Positions 29,705 to 38,273 of a DNA stretch of 64,000 nucleotides are shown one piece after another; the first letter of the stretch is position 1; every line of letters begins with the position of its first letter. The DNA is from Candidatus Obscuribacterales bacterium (GTDB lineage: Bacteria; Cyanobacteriota; Vampirovibrionia; Obscuribacterales; Obscuribacteraceae). The notes below the pieces were generated by a model that did not search any database, was not told the DNA's origin, and saw only the letters and a program-made list of their open reading frames with translations. Both the position numbers and the translations under genes were made by a program. The DNA lies in assembly GCA_965228855.1 (NCBI GenBank), contig CBDDIJ010000003.1:1056001-1120000 (forward strand). The letters are read 5' to 3'.

Positions 29705-31159
29705 ATGACTTATAAGAAACTGAGCCTGAAAGAAAATCCAATGCAACTGCCGCTCGTCCAGAAGGTGGTGGCACAGGCTCATGCAAGAAACCAGAACGCC
29801 TATCTGGTCGGCGGATATGTGCGCGATATCTTATGGTTCGGAGAGTCCAGGAAAACTGCTACCGACCTTGATTTTGCAGTAGCAGGCACGCGCGCTCTGG
29901 ACTTTGCAAAAACCTTTGCCGAGGACAATTCGACGCACGAAAATGAAGCACACTATGTGGTGCTGGACGAGTCATTCGACACCGCTCGCGTCGTATTCGA
30001 TGATGGCGCGTATCTTGATTTTGCCGGCTGCATCGGCGGTTCTATTGAAACCGATTTGCGCCGCCGCGATTTTACTGTAAATGCGCTTGCGTTCGATGCT
30101 GCTAAACCTGAGTATGTGCTCGATCTGTTCAATGCCACTGATGATATCGAGAAACGCATAATAAGGGCGATTTCGAAGGCTGGTCTGTCTGACGATCCTT
30201 TGCGTTTATTGCGTGCGTTTCGGTTTAAGGCGACTTTGAATGCGAATATCGAACCGCAAACGATGGAGTGGATAAAGGAATTGTCCTCCTCAATCGACAC
30301 CGTGGCCGCAGAGCGCATAAACGCGGAGATGTTTATTCTCCTCAACGCGCAAAGTGCCGGGGAAATCATTAATGAGCTAGGCAACACCGGACTGCTCGAA
30401 GCGATTTATGCCGAGCTGAGAGACACGCGACGCGTAACTCCAAACGATTATCATCACCTGAATCTGTTCGACCATAGTGTCGAAACCGTTCATCAGCTGG
30501 AAGAAAACCTTCATCGCCTGCCTGACTGGGCGCGTGAGTCCAGCAATGAGCAGCTCTCTCATGGTGTGACGAAGCTGGCTGCGACCAAACTAGCCGCGCT
30601 TCTTCACGATATCGGCAAGCCGGGCACCTGGGAGATTAACGAAGAGGGGCGTCATACGTTTTACGGTCACGACTCGAAAGGCGCTGACATGGCTGAGTTC
30701 ATGGGGGAACGCTTGAAGTGGTCCAAGCCGGTCAGTAGGTTTATCAGCAAATTGATTCAGTGGCATTTGCGACCTGGAGCGCTGTTTCATCAAGGTTTTC
30801 CAACCGAGAAGGCTATTTATCGCTTCTATAGAAAGATGGGCGATGATTTGCCGCAGCTGATCGCTCTAGCTCTCGGAGACCTCGGTGCCACATGTGGTGA
30901 AGGTTTGCCGGAGCCGTCACGAGCGGTTCTGGCCGATCAAATGATTGATCTTCTATATGGATATAAACCGTTCGTGGAAGAGTCGGCTGCCAAGCCTCGT
31001 TTTCTCAATGGTCAAGATGTAATGCGGCTGCTAAATCTAGGACCTGGACCTATGATAGGCGAAATTCTCGACGCTCTGGCTGAAGCTCAGGGATTGAAGC
31101 AAGTCCTGGATCGCCCAACTGCTGAGCGTTTCGTTTTCGAGTACATGGCGAAAAAGTAG
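29705..31159 (+). CDS. Class II tRNA nucleotidyltransferase with HD domain, probably CC-adding type
   Basis: YLVGGYVRD, DLD, RRDFTVNAL, DDPLR, ERI, LLHDIGK; very short loop before motif B. Start uncertain (29705 or 29741). Confidence 0.88.
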   Translation: MTYKKLSLKENPMQLPLVQKVVAQAHARNQNAYLVGGYVRDILWFGESRKTATDLDFAVAGTRALDFAKTFAEDNSTHENEAHYVVLDESFDTARVVFDDGAYLDFAGCIGGSIETDLRRRDFTVNALAFDAAKPEYVLDLFNATDDIEKRIIRAISKAGLSDDPLRLLRAFRFKATLNANIEPQTMEWIKELSSSIDTVAAERINAEMFILLNAQSAGEIINELGNTGLLEAIYAELRDTRRVTPNDYHHLNLFDHSVETVHQLEENLHRLPDWARESSNEQLSHGVTKLAATKLAALLHDIGKPGTWEINEEGRHTFYGHDSKGADMAEFMGERLKWSKPVSRFISKLIQWHLRPGALFHQGFPTEKAIYRFYRKMGDDLPQLIALALGDLGATCGEGLPEPSRAVLADQMIDLLYGYKPFVEESAAKPRFLNGQDVMRLLNLGPGPMIGEILDALAEAQGLKQVLDRPTAERFVFEYMAKK

Positions 31160-31355
31160 TCCAGCTTACTTAAATTTGCTTGGCAACTAATGTTTTGAAA
31201 ATTTCGCGATTAGAAGAAATATTTCAGGGCATATTCTCTACAGAGGCGAATGCAAAGCTCGTCTGGATTTCAAGAGATTGCCTGGAGTATCGGCAGTCGT
31301 AGCCCCCGGGGCTGTTTGCTGCTGCGGGAAATGCAGCTTATTGGAGATTCTGAAA

Positions 31356-31616
31356 ATGATAAATACCAAAGCCGACAAATTGTTCAACTACACGGTCATC
31401 GCCCGGCTCGATGATGCTATCCCTCTCCACACCGAAGAGTGGCAGCAAGTTGAGCGTCTCTTGAATCAGATAAGCGAATTCGTTCCGACATCGATGTTGA
31501 ATAACGTGACCGAAGCAATCATCTCGTATGCGGATGACCAAGCGCGTCGCGGCTATCTCCTCGGTCAAGAAGATCTGGTCACTGAACTCAAAAAGAAAGC
31601 GTCAAAAATCGCTTAA
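31356..31616 (+). CDS. Small alpha-helical hypothetical protein (86 aa)
   Basis: GGAG at 31343-31346 precedes ATG 31356; protein-like amphipathic sequence. Confidence 0.7.
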   Translation: MINTKADKLFNYTVIARLDDAIPLHTEEWQQVERLLNQISEFVPTSMLNNVTEAIISYADDQARRGYLLGQEDLVTELKKKASKIA

Positions 31617-31631
31617 TCCCCGACCAAGACT

Positions 31632-31716
31632 TCAGATCGCCTCAAAGTTTTTCTTCCACTTTCCCGGTCAGCGCCTCGAGCAATCGAGGCGCTGTCTGTT
31701 GTGGGGTGCGTTGCGG
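31632..31716. repeat. Non-coding repeat element, short copy
   Basis: Shares TTTTTCTTCCACTTTCC (31648-31664 = 35025-35041) and CTTTCCCGGTCAGCGCCTCGA (31659-31679 = 35150-35170) with the copy on the other side of the FHA-like gene. Confidence 0.85.
31669..31694. terminator. Hairpin between convergent genes
   Basis: CAGCGCCTCGA-GCAA-TCGAGGCGCTG: perfect 11-bp stem, GNRA loop on the + strand. Confidence 0.7.
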
Positions 31717-31718
31717 TC

Positions 31719-34700
31719 TTAGTTATCTGTCGATATCAGCACATCGCCGCCGAAAGTGATGGCGTTCTTATTTCCGTTGTTTATGGAAACCTGCTTTCCA
31801 GCAGCACCGCTGATGGTGCTTTCCGGTTTTTTCGCCTTGATTTCGAAGCCTTTTAGATCTACAGCGCCAGTGATGAAAATGTTTGCAGGCGCCGGCATCG
31901 GAGTCGAGCTTGCGTTTCCTACCAGAATGCTTATGGGGCTTGCTGCGAGCAAGGCGGTATTCGATTTGATTGTGAATTTTCCGTTGCTGCCTGTGCTTAT
32001 ATATGTCTGAGCACCATTTGAGCTGACATCGCCTTCAACACTCAAGGTGCCATTGGTGGCAGTTGCGCTGAACGTTCCTGATGCTATCGAGTTGCCGCTA
32101 AGCAGGGTCGAGCCGCTGTTTGAAATTTTTACGTTGCCACCGCTTATGTTGTTAAACTCAACTTTTTTATTTGATGAACCGGCTAAATTTACGTTGCCTC
32201 CTGAGTTGGCGAGCGCGTAAACCAGAGTCGTGTTTGTCGGCAAGACGAACGCTGTTCCTGCCGTTCCGACCGATCCGTTCGTCTGAAGAATCAAGCTTGG
32301 CGCGCTGAGCTCACCAAAGCTGGAGTTGGCAAAATTGGTCGCGCCATTTGAAGTTAGGGAAACTATTTTCGTTCCTTTCACCTGGCTGAACGTGCCGAAG
32401 TTTCCAGCTTGGACGCCGATGTTTCTAGCGACGAGTGAAGTTGATGACAACGTCGCATTAGGAGCTGATATAACGATATCGCCTTTCGATACGTTTCCTC
32501 CAACTAACCAGGCTCCGGAGTTTGTTGAATCGATTTTTGCAAAACCCTTTGCGCTGAATTCCAGGTGCGGACCATTTACTGTGAACGGAATGATATCCGA
32601 GCCGATGTTGCCGCCGGAATTGACAGTGACCAGATTGGTAGCCTGTACGGCGATTCCGTTTAACGCCTCGAATATGTCACCACCGGCGGTGAGGGCTACT
32701 GTTTGAGAACCGGAAATAGCGTTATTGACTCTAATTTTCGCGCCCGCCGTCAGGCTTACCGATGTCGGAGCCGTGATTGTTCCGAGAACTGCAATGCCGG
32801 ATTTTTTATTGATCTTGTCGGCTGCAACAAGCGACGCTGCGCTTGTCTTGTTGCCGTGCTGGTCGTAGGTGACGGTTGCGCCCTCAATATCGACTACCGG
32901 ATCCGCGGTTGTCATAGTGACACTGCCGCCGGAGCCGGTACCACCTGTGGTGTTGATCGTTCCCGATTGAATTGCCACCCCCAGGTTGGCGCTCGTCGAG
33001 CCGGCAATTATTTGGAGATTACCGTTCTTCCCTCCACCGTATCCACCGGTGTTGATGCTGCTCATATCAAAGTCAATAATACCTGCTGGAGTGCCGTTAG
33101 TGCCCTTACCTCCGAACGCGATAAGCTGCACGTTTCCGCCGTCTTTTGACCCTGCGGTGTTAGTTGCTCTAGAGGAGATTGCCGTGCCCGGAATCAGATT
33201 TATAGATCCTCCGGTCTTCGAAGATTTTCCGGTCAAGCGGATTGCACCAGATCCAGATGCGATTGTTCCAGGATTGAGCTGGGTCTTGCTGGTTCCGCCG
33301 GTGTTTTTAAAGTCCGCACCAGCAATCAACGTGATGTCAAAGCCTTGCGAGCTATTGCCTGCTGTTATGAGCCGGTTGGGACCGGTACTTTCGATATTTC
33401 CGGCCGCAGCAATAACTAATTTCTCGCTGACTACCACATCTCCGTTTATAAGGATGCTTCCGGTTGTGTTAAAGAAGGTTGGGTCGCCTGTTAAACAAAC
33501 TTCTCCAATATTCAATACGTCGGTGCTCGCTGTGACGTGGGCTGCGGCTCCCGACTGATTAACGCTTCCTGTGAGCTTATTGGCCACTACCCAGGTGGTT
33601 CCTTGACCTGAGTTCAAATTCAACTCTTTGCTAAGCAGATTGCCTCGGCCGATGAGGAACGTGTTGTCGCTTCCTGAGTATGAAGCGTCGCGGAGGTTTA
33701 TCGCTCCATTGAGAGCGCTCATTGAGCCGCCTCTATTGTTGATCTCGAGCGCTGACGGGTTACCGCCTGAGTAGCCAGGCGATACTACGGGTGATGCACT
33801 GAGATTGATGTTGCCGTTTGCTGATTCCAGCGAGCCCTGGTTGCGAATTGCGTTTGCGTTCAAATTCAAATCTGAAGTTGCTCTTACAGAGCCGGTGTTC
33901 GAAATGGATGTGCCTGCTGAAAGAGTAAGTGAACCTGCCGAGTTTATTAAGCCTGCGTTATTCAGATTACCGGCGGCGTAAAGTGATAGATCGACGTTCG
34001 AACTGATCGTTGCTCCTTTGAAGTTATTGATGTCGTCTGCACTAATGGCTCCAGCTCTTGCGTTTAACGCTCCTGCGTCGGCGAGCACGGTGCCAAAATT
34101 GTTCAAGTCGCCAAGCAGTTTAAACTCGGAGCGTCTCGAGAAGTCACCAATTGTGGTGACTTCCTTAGCGTTGACATACCGTGCCGCACGCATGGTATCG
34201 TCGGTTCCTGTAATTGCGTTAAGGTCTACGGAACCTCCAGCTGCTCGACCTGCCTTGTCGATCGTAAGTTTTTGCCCATCTCCTGAAAGAACCTGCTTGA
34301 CCGCAATATATTCAGCTGCAGAGACAACGCTGCCGGCGCTGACCGTCTTCACTCCATTTCCGGTCTCTATAGTGACGGACAGTTGGCTGCCGAAGAGATT
34401 TTTTCCAAGTGCGATGTTCCTGGTTGAAGATGTAAGGTCGAGGTCTAAACCCGACTTCAGTCGAACCAGATTCCCTTGCACATCGGATTGTCTCGTTTGA
34501 CCTCGAAACGGGCGACGCGCAGCCTCGATATTCATCACTGATTGGGCGGGATTGCCTGGAACGCTTTGAACTGCTCCAGCCATAGATGAATTAAAACTGT
34601 TCTGTTGAACAATGTTTCTACACTTGCCACCGTCAGTCGTGTTGCGTAGTTCTCGGAACATACTGCGGGCCGAGTGTCTGTCTAAATCAGGATTTTGCTC

Positions 34701-34826
34701 TTTGAAGTCTCTGAAATTTGAACCGTTGTGAGAGGCTATTGCTGGACTATTCGCAGAACCGACTAAGAGCGTGGCTGCGACTAAAACTTGCGACGTTGTT
34801 TGCCAAAAGGATTTGGAACCGTTCAT
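31719..34826 (-). CDS. Large secreted filamentous-haemagglutinin-like (beta-helical) G/S/T/N-rich protein
   Basis: Signal peptide; FHA-like repeats (LNNAGLINSAGSLTLSAG, IRNQGSLESANGNINL, GGSINL, GGNVQLIA). Confidence 0.75.
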   Translation of the reverse strand: MNGSKSFWQTTSQVLVAATLLVGSANSPAIASHNGSNFRDFKEQNPDLDRHSARSMFRELRNTTDGGKCRNIVQQNSFNSSMAGAVQSVPGNPAQSVMNIEAARRPFRGQTRQSDVQGNLVRLKSGLDLDLTSSTRNIALGKNLFGSQLSVTIETGNGVKTVSAGSVVSAAEYIAVKQVLSGDGQKLTIDKAGRAAGGSVDLNAITGTDDTMRAARYVNAKEVTTIGDFSRRSEFKLLGDLNNFGTVLADAGALNARAGAISADDINNFKGATISSNVDLSLYAAGNLNNAGLINSAGSLTLSAGTSISNTGSVRATSDLNLNANAIRNQGSLESANGNINLSASPVVSPGYSGGNPSALEINNRGGSMSALNGAINLRDASYSGSDNTFLIGRGNLLSKELNLNSGQGTTWVVANKLTGSVNQSGAAAHVTASTDVLNIGEVCLTGDPTFFNTTGSILINGDVVVSEKLVIAAAGNIESTGPNRLITAGNSSQGFDITLIAGADFKNTGGTSKTQLNPGTIASGSGAIRLTGKSSKTGGSINLIPGTAISSRATNTAGSKDGGNVQLIAFGGKGTNGTPAGIIDFDMSSINTGGYGGGKNGNLQIIAGSTSANLGVAIQSGTINTTGGTGSGGSVTMTTADPVVDIEGATVTYDQHGNKTSAASLVAADKINKKSGIAVLGTITAPTSVSLTAGAKIRVNNAISGSQTVALTAGGDIFEALNGIAVQATNLVTVNSGGNIGSDIIPFTVNGPHLEFSAKGFAKIDSTNSGAWLVGGNVSKGDIVISAPNATLSSTSLVARNIGVQAGNFGTFSQVKGTKIVSLTSNGATNFANSSFGELSAPSLILQTNGSVGTAGTAFVLPTNTTLVYALANSGGNVNLAGSSNKKVEFNNISGGNVKISNSGSTLLSGNSIASGTFSATATNGTLSVEGDVSSNGAQTYISTGSNGKFTIKSNTALLAASPISILVGNASSTPMPAPANIFITGAVDLKGFEIKAKKPESTISGAAGKQVSINNGNKNAITFGGDVLISTDN

Positions 34827-34961
34827 GTTGATACCTTAAAATGAGCCAATGTTCGGGGCGAAACTCCAAGAGTCCGTCGCGCACATATGTCTCGCAACAG
34901 CTTATCACGCGCTATTTTAGGCTACCTTAGCAATTGCCAAGGTGTATCGAGAGTTTAACCG

Positions 34962-35195
34962 TCAGATCGAACAAAACCTTCATTTACCAGCATAATTTCA
35001 GGAAAAGGGTCTCAGAGTTTTGGTTTTTTCTTCCACTTTCCAAAGTATTCTTCCACTTCGCGGTTGATTCACTGCCCACGATTCACCTTCAGCGATTGAT
35101 TTCACTTCCGTTGAATCGTTTCTGTGTTTCGTCCACGTCCCGGTATTTCCTTTCCCGGTCAGCGCCTCGATAGGACGCCTGTGATTGCGATTGCG
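34962..35195. repeat. Non-coding repeat element, long copy with internal degenerate repeats
   Basis: Same blocks, same order and orientation as 31632-31716, with an extra 114 bp between two CTTTCC hexamers; internal TTCTTCCAC at 35028 and 35048, TTCGTCCAC at 35128, GATTCAC twice. Confidence 0.8.
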
Positions 35196-35394
35196 AACGT
35201 AAGACATCAACGTACCGCTAGGATTATGACGTAACGTCCCTGACGAGGTTGTGTACCTGATACGTTCCGCACCGTGTGTGGTGCCCGCAATGAAACCAGT
35301 AACTCTGAAACCTTCCTCCTGATAATTCGGACGCTTTTTGAACTCAAACGTCCCATAGCTGTAAAACGCCTTAAGACACTGTGCAAGCGTTCGG

Positions 35395-36750
35395 CTAGAC
35401 CTGCGTGTCGTGATGTTCAGCTATCAGAGAAGATAGCTTGTCTTTGGCTTCATCCGCTTTTTCCACTTCGCCGAGGCGCTCGCGAATTCGGAGAGACCAT
35501 GAGTAATATAGTTCTGCCTGCTGATAGTTACCGGCCGCTTCCGACATTTTTCCGAGGAAGTTGATTAAGTGATCCGTTTCCGTATCAGCATTGCTGAGAA
35601 GATCTTCTCTGTTACGAATTGCTTGCAACATCAAGGATTCGCTGCTGCGGTAGTCTTCTTTAAGGTAGTGGAGTTCTGCCAGGGTAGCTAGTTGTGCAAC
35701 TGCCTCTTTGCTGTCTCTACCGTACTGGGCGATCGCTATCGCGAGACCCGCTTTGCAAACTGCCAGAGCCTCAGTAATTTTATTTGCGTTGAATAGTCTC
35801 TCTGTTTCATAACTGAGAATTTCGAGCGCGAGTGACGTTTTATCATCTTCCGGAGTGGATGTCTTTATCTCAGTTCCCGATACGGAAGTTCGGCTCAAAC
35901 ACTTGCGTAGGATTGTGCTGGAGATACCCGGATCGAGCCACTTCTTGCCATCAGCTACGGTGACAACCGCTTGTGCCAATTCGGAAAGAGAACTCGTTTT
36001 AAGATAATAACCATCTGCGCCCGCTTCGAATGCATTATTGATGTCCTCTGCTTCTTCGCGAGCCGTCACCATGATCACGCGAGTGTCCGGAAGCGTCTCC
36101 TTGATCATTCTAGTCGCGGCGACACCATCGATAACCGGCATGCCAATGTCCATGAGAACCACGCGAGGCTGGTGTTTAAGAGCGTCGGCTACAGTCGACT
36201 TGCCGTCCCCGACATCCGACACAACGAGGATACGGTGGTGAGAATTCAAACTTCTCTTAATCAATGAACGCACAAATTCGTTGTCTTCTGCAATCAGCAA
36301 TGTGATCAAATTGGTATCCTCCCCAGTATCAGCGACGGTACCGAAATCGGGACCGAAGGCAGTTTTCAGGCGCTCGATCGTTGTTTCGGCCCTCATTGCC
36401 ACATATGGATTGTCATCGTCCAGCAACATATAAAGAATGTGAGCGGGTGTATTGTGATTCTCAGCGAGAGCGAAGCGAACGTCCGGGTGCTCGTCCAACG
36501 CAAGTTCTTCCAGCATTTCTTTCGACGCAGATGGATTGTCGACAACACTCATTCGAACAGCAGTCTCGTCGTGGCGACTAAGGATTTCCAAAGTATCCAC
36601 CGGTGTGTTGACATTACCTGCAAGTGAAGAAAGCAAAACCTTGCAGCTAGAAGTAGCGGCTATGCTCCTGAGCTCTTGAACAGGCGTACTTGGGTCATTC
36701 GCCTGGAAGTATTGCAGTTTAGGTCCTGGCGACGAAGGTCCGGGAATCAT
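35395..36750 (-). CDS. Atypical response regulator: LRV/HEAT-like repeats + REC + TPR
   Basis: LAGNVNTP / VVDNPSAS / LAENHNTP repeats; IAEDN, VLMDIGMP..DG, MVT, YYLK; C-terminal AELYYSWSLRIRE TPRs; no HTH. Confidence 0.85.
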   Translation of the reverse strand: MIPGPSSPGPKLQYFQANDPSTPVQELRSIAATSSCKVLLSSLAGNVNTPVDTLEILSRHDETAVRMSVVDNPSASKEMLEELALDEHPDVRFALAENHNTPAHILYMLLDDDNPYVAMRAETTIERLKTAFGPDFGTVADTGEDTNLITLLIAEDNEFVRSLIKRSLNSHHRILVVSDVGDGKSTVADALKHQPRVVLMDIGMPVIDGVAATRMIKETLPDTRVIMVTAREEAEDINNAFEAGADGYYLKTSSLSELAQAVVTVADGKKWLDPGISSTILRKCLSRTSVSGTEIKTSTPEDDKTSLALEILSYETERLFNANKITEALAVCKAGLAIAIAQYGRDSKEAVAQLATLAELHYLKEDYRSSESLMLQAIRNREDLLSNADTETDHLINFLGKMSEAAGNYQQAELYYSWSLRIRERLGEVEKADEAKDKLSSLIAEHHDTQV

Positions 36751-36794
36751 ATGCAGGATTCCTCCATTGAAGAGTCATTTGTAGACAGAGAATT

Positions 36795-36813
36795 CACCTG
36801 GAAGTTCCAGGTG
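36795..36813. promoter_or_regulatory. 9-1-9 perfect inverted repeat upstream of the response regulator
   Basis: CACCTGGAA-G-TTCCAGGTG, 45 bp upstream of the 36750 start. Confidence 0.4.
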
Positions 36814-37141
36814 CTTGAACAATTTTTCGGACGAAACTTCTGATTAGCGGCGCATTCCCCACAATTCTATTATTCCGCCGCTTTCCGACGATGCGGTGGG
36901 GGAAATCATATGTTTCAGTATGGGGTAGCGCATAATGTCGAAAGCTGTATATCCAGACCTGGTGCTGGTTTCGGCAAGTAGTCAATGATAGCCATAAAAA
37001 TTACCGGGAGTATAGAATTATTGAGCGGCAAGGCTTTTGCTGTGGTGGCAGTGGCGAAAATCTGTTTGAAAGATGTGGGCAAGAGCTCAAAAGTCCTGGC
37101 AGGCAACACTTTCCAACAAGGTTGTTTACCTTTTTCTGAGA

Positions 37142-37486
37142 TCAAGAAACTTCCTCTAAGTAGGATAGTAGATCCGAGAAGTCCCTCTTCAAAATCGCGT
37201 ATGCGCCGGAGATTTTTTCCCAATCGGGCTCGCTTTGCTTGGCCAGCTGTTCGACTGCCAGAGCTCTTCCCGAGCAGTCGCTGGCATATATGCTCGCGCA
37301 CATTCCTTTAATCTGGTGGGCGACGTCGATCACCGACGAAATCTGTTTTTGTTCAAAAGCAGTCTCGATGCGCGGAATTAGAACTGCACTATGGCTAATG
37401 AATGTCGAAAGAATATCTGTCCTGCCCTCTCGACCGAAAACATTGTCCAGCATTTCCAGATCAACAGGTTTTTCTTCGGTCGCCAT
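37142..37486 (-). CDS. Stand-alone Hpt (histidine phosphotransfer) protein
   Basis: VAHQIKGMCASIYA Hpt motif; start taken at MATEEK. Confidence 0.85.
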   Translation of the reverse strand: MATEEKPVDLEMLDNVFGREGRTDILSTFISHSAVLIPRIETAFEQKQISSVIDVAHQIKGMCASIYASDCSGRALAVEQLAKQSEPDWEKISGAYAILKRDFSDLLSYLEEVS

Positions 37487-37646
37487 AGTGTTACAAAATT
37501 CCCGTGGGGAGCCGGTCTTGGTCGCCGCTGGCCAGGTTATCGACGACAAATTCATTTTAGAAGATTTCGAGCCAATACTCTGTAAAACGTTTTATAATTG
37601 ATGTGTCCCTGAAAGTTAGAAGAACGGGACGGCAGAAACCCGCTCA

Positions 37647-38237
37647 GTGACTAAGAAACACATTATGGAAAGCCACATTATTAAGCCCTGGTTGAAAGTC
37701 ACCTCTGAACAGATTGCCGACTGCAGAGTATTCACTGTTCACAAAAAACTCTCCAGGAAAACCACAGCGGATTCAGACAGAACGCATGACTTCTACGTCT
37801 TCGATTCCGGCGATTGGGTGAACATCATTCCTCTTACTGCAAACCGAGAAGTGCTGATGATCGAACAATTTCGCCACGGCACCGAAGGGTTTACTCTAGA
37901 AATTCCCGGCGGTAGCGTGGATCTTGATGATCCTTCTCCACGTTACGCTGCAGAACGTGAATTACTAGAGGAAACAGGTTATATCGCCGAGAAGTGGATC
38001 CCGCTTGGTCAGAGCCATCCGAATCCAGCCATCCAGGGGAATTTATGTCATACATTCCTGGCCCTTAACGTTAGGCAGATTGAAATTCCTGAGTTTGCCG
38101 GGACTGAAGAGATTGCAGTTCGCCTTCTACCGCTCGATGACGTGCCGGATTTGATCAGGCAAGGCACCATAACGCACGCACTGGTGATGGTGGCATTCTA
38201 CTGGTTGCAGTTGAACGAAGATTCGATCAGACTTTAG
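37647..38237 (+). CDS. NUDIX hydrolase (ADP-ribose pyrophosphatase-like)
   Basis: EQFRHG, LEIPGG..AAERELLEETGY. Confidence 0.92.
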   Translation: MTKKHIMESHIIKPWLKVTSEQIADCRVFTVHKKLSRKTTADSDRTHDFYVFDSGDWVNIIPLTANREVLMIEQFRHGTEGFTLEIPGGSVDLDDPSPRYAAERELLEETGYIAEKWIPLGQSHPNPAIQGNLCHTFLALNVRQIEIPEFAGTEEIAVRLLPLDDVPDLIRQGTITHALVMVAFYWLQLNEDSIRL

Positions 38238-38273
38238 TTGCAGAGACGTTTTGTCTTCGTCTCGACTCTGTGA

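Noticed and set aside
35020..35160. CRISPR mini-array
   Set aside because: Repeats are only ~9 nt and degenerate, the period is ~20 nt, and there are no cas genes.
34934..35210. 79-aa and 70-aa ORFs over the repeat element
   Set aside because: No RBS or protein-like features; better explained as non-coding repeat sequence.
35235..35333. Hammerhead ribozyme-like core: CGTCC-CTGACGA...GAAA...TC-GGACG
   Set aside because: A 5-bp stem I is possible, but stem III cannot form after either GAAA and stem II does not close canonically; likely chance.
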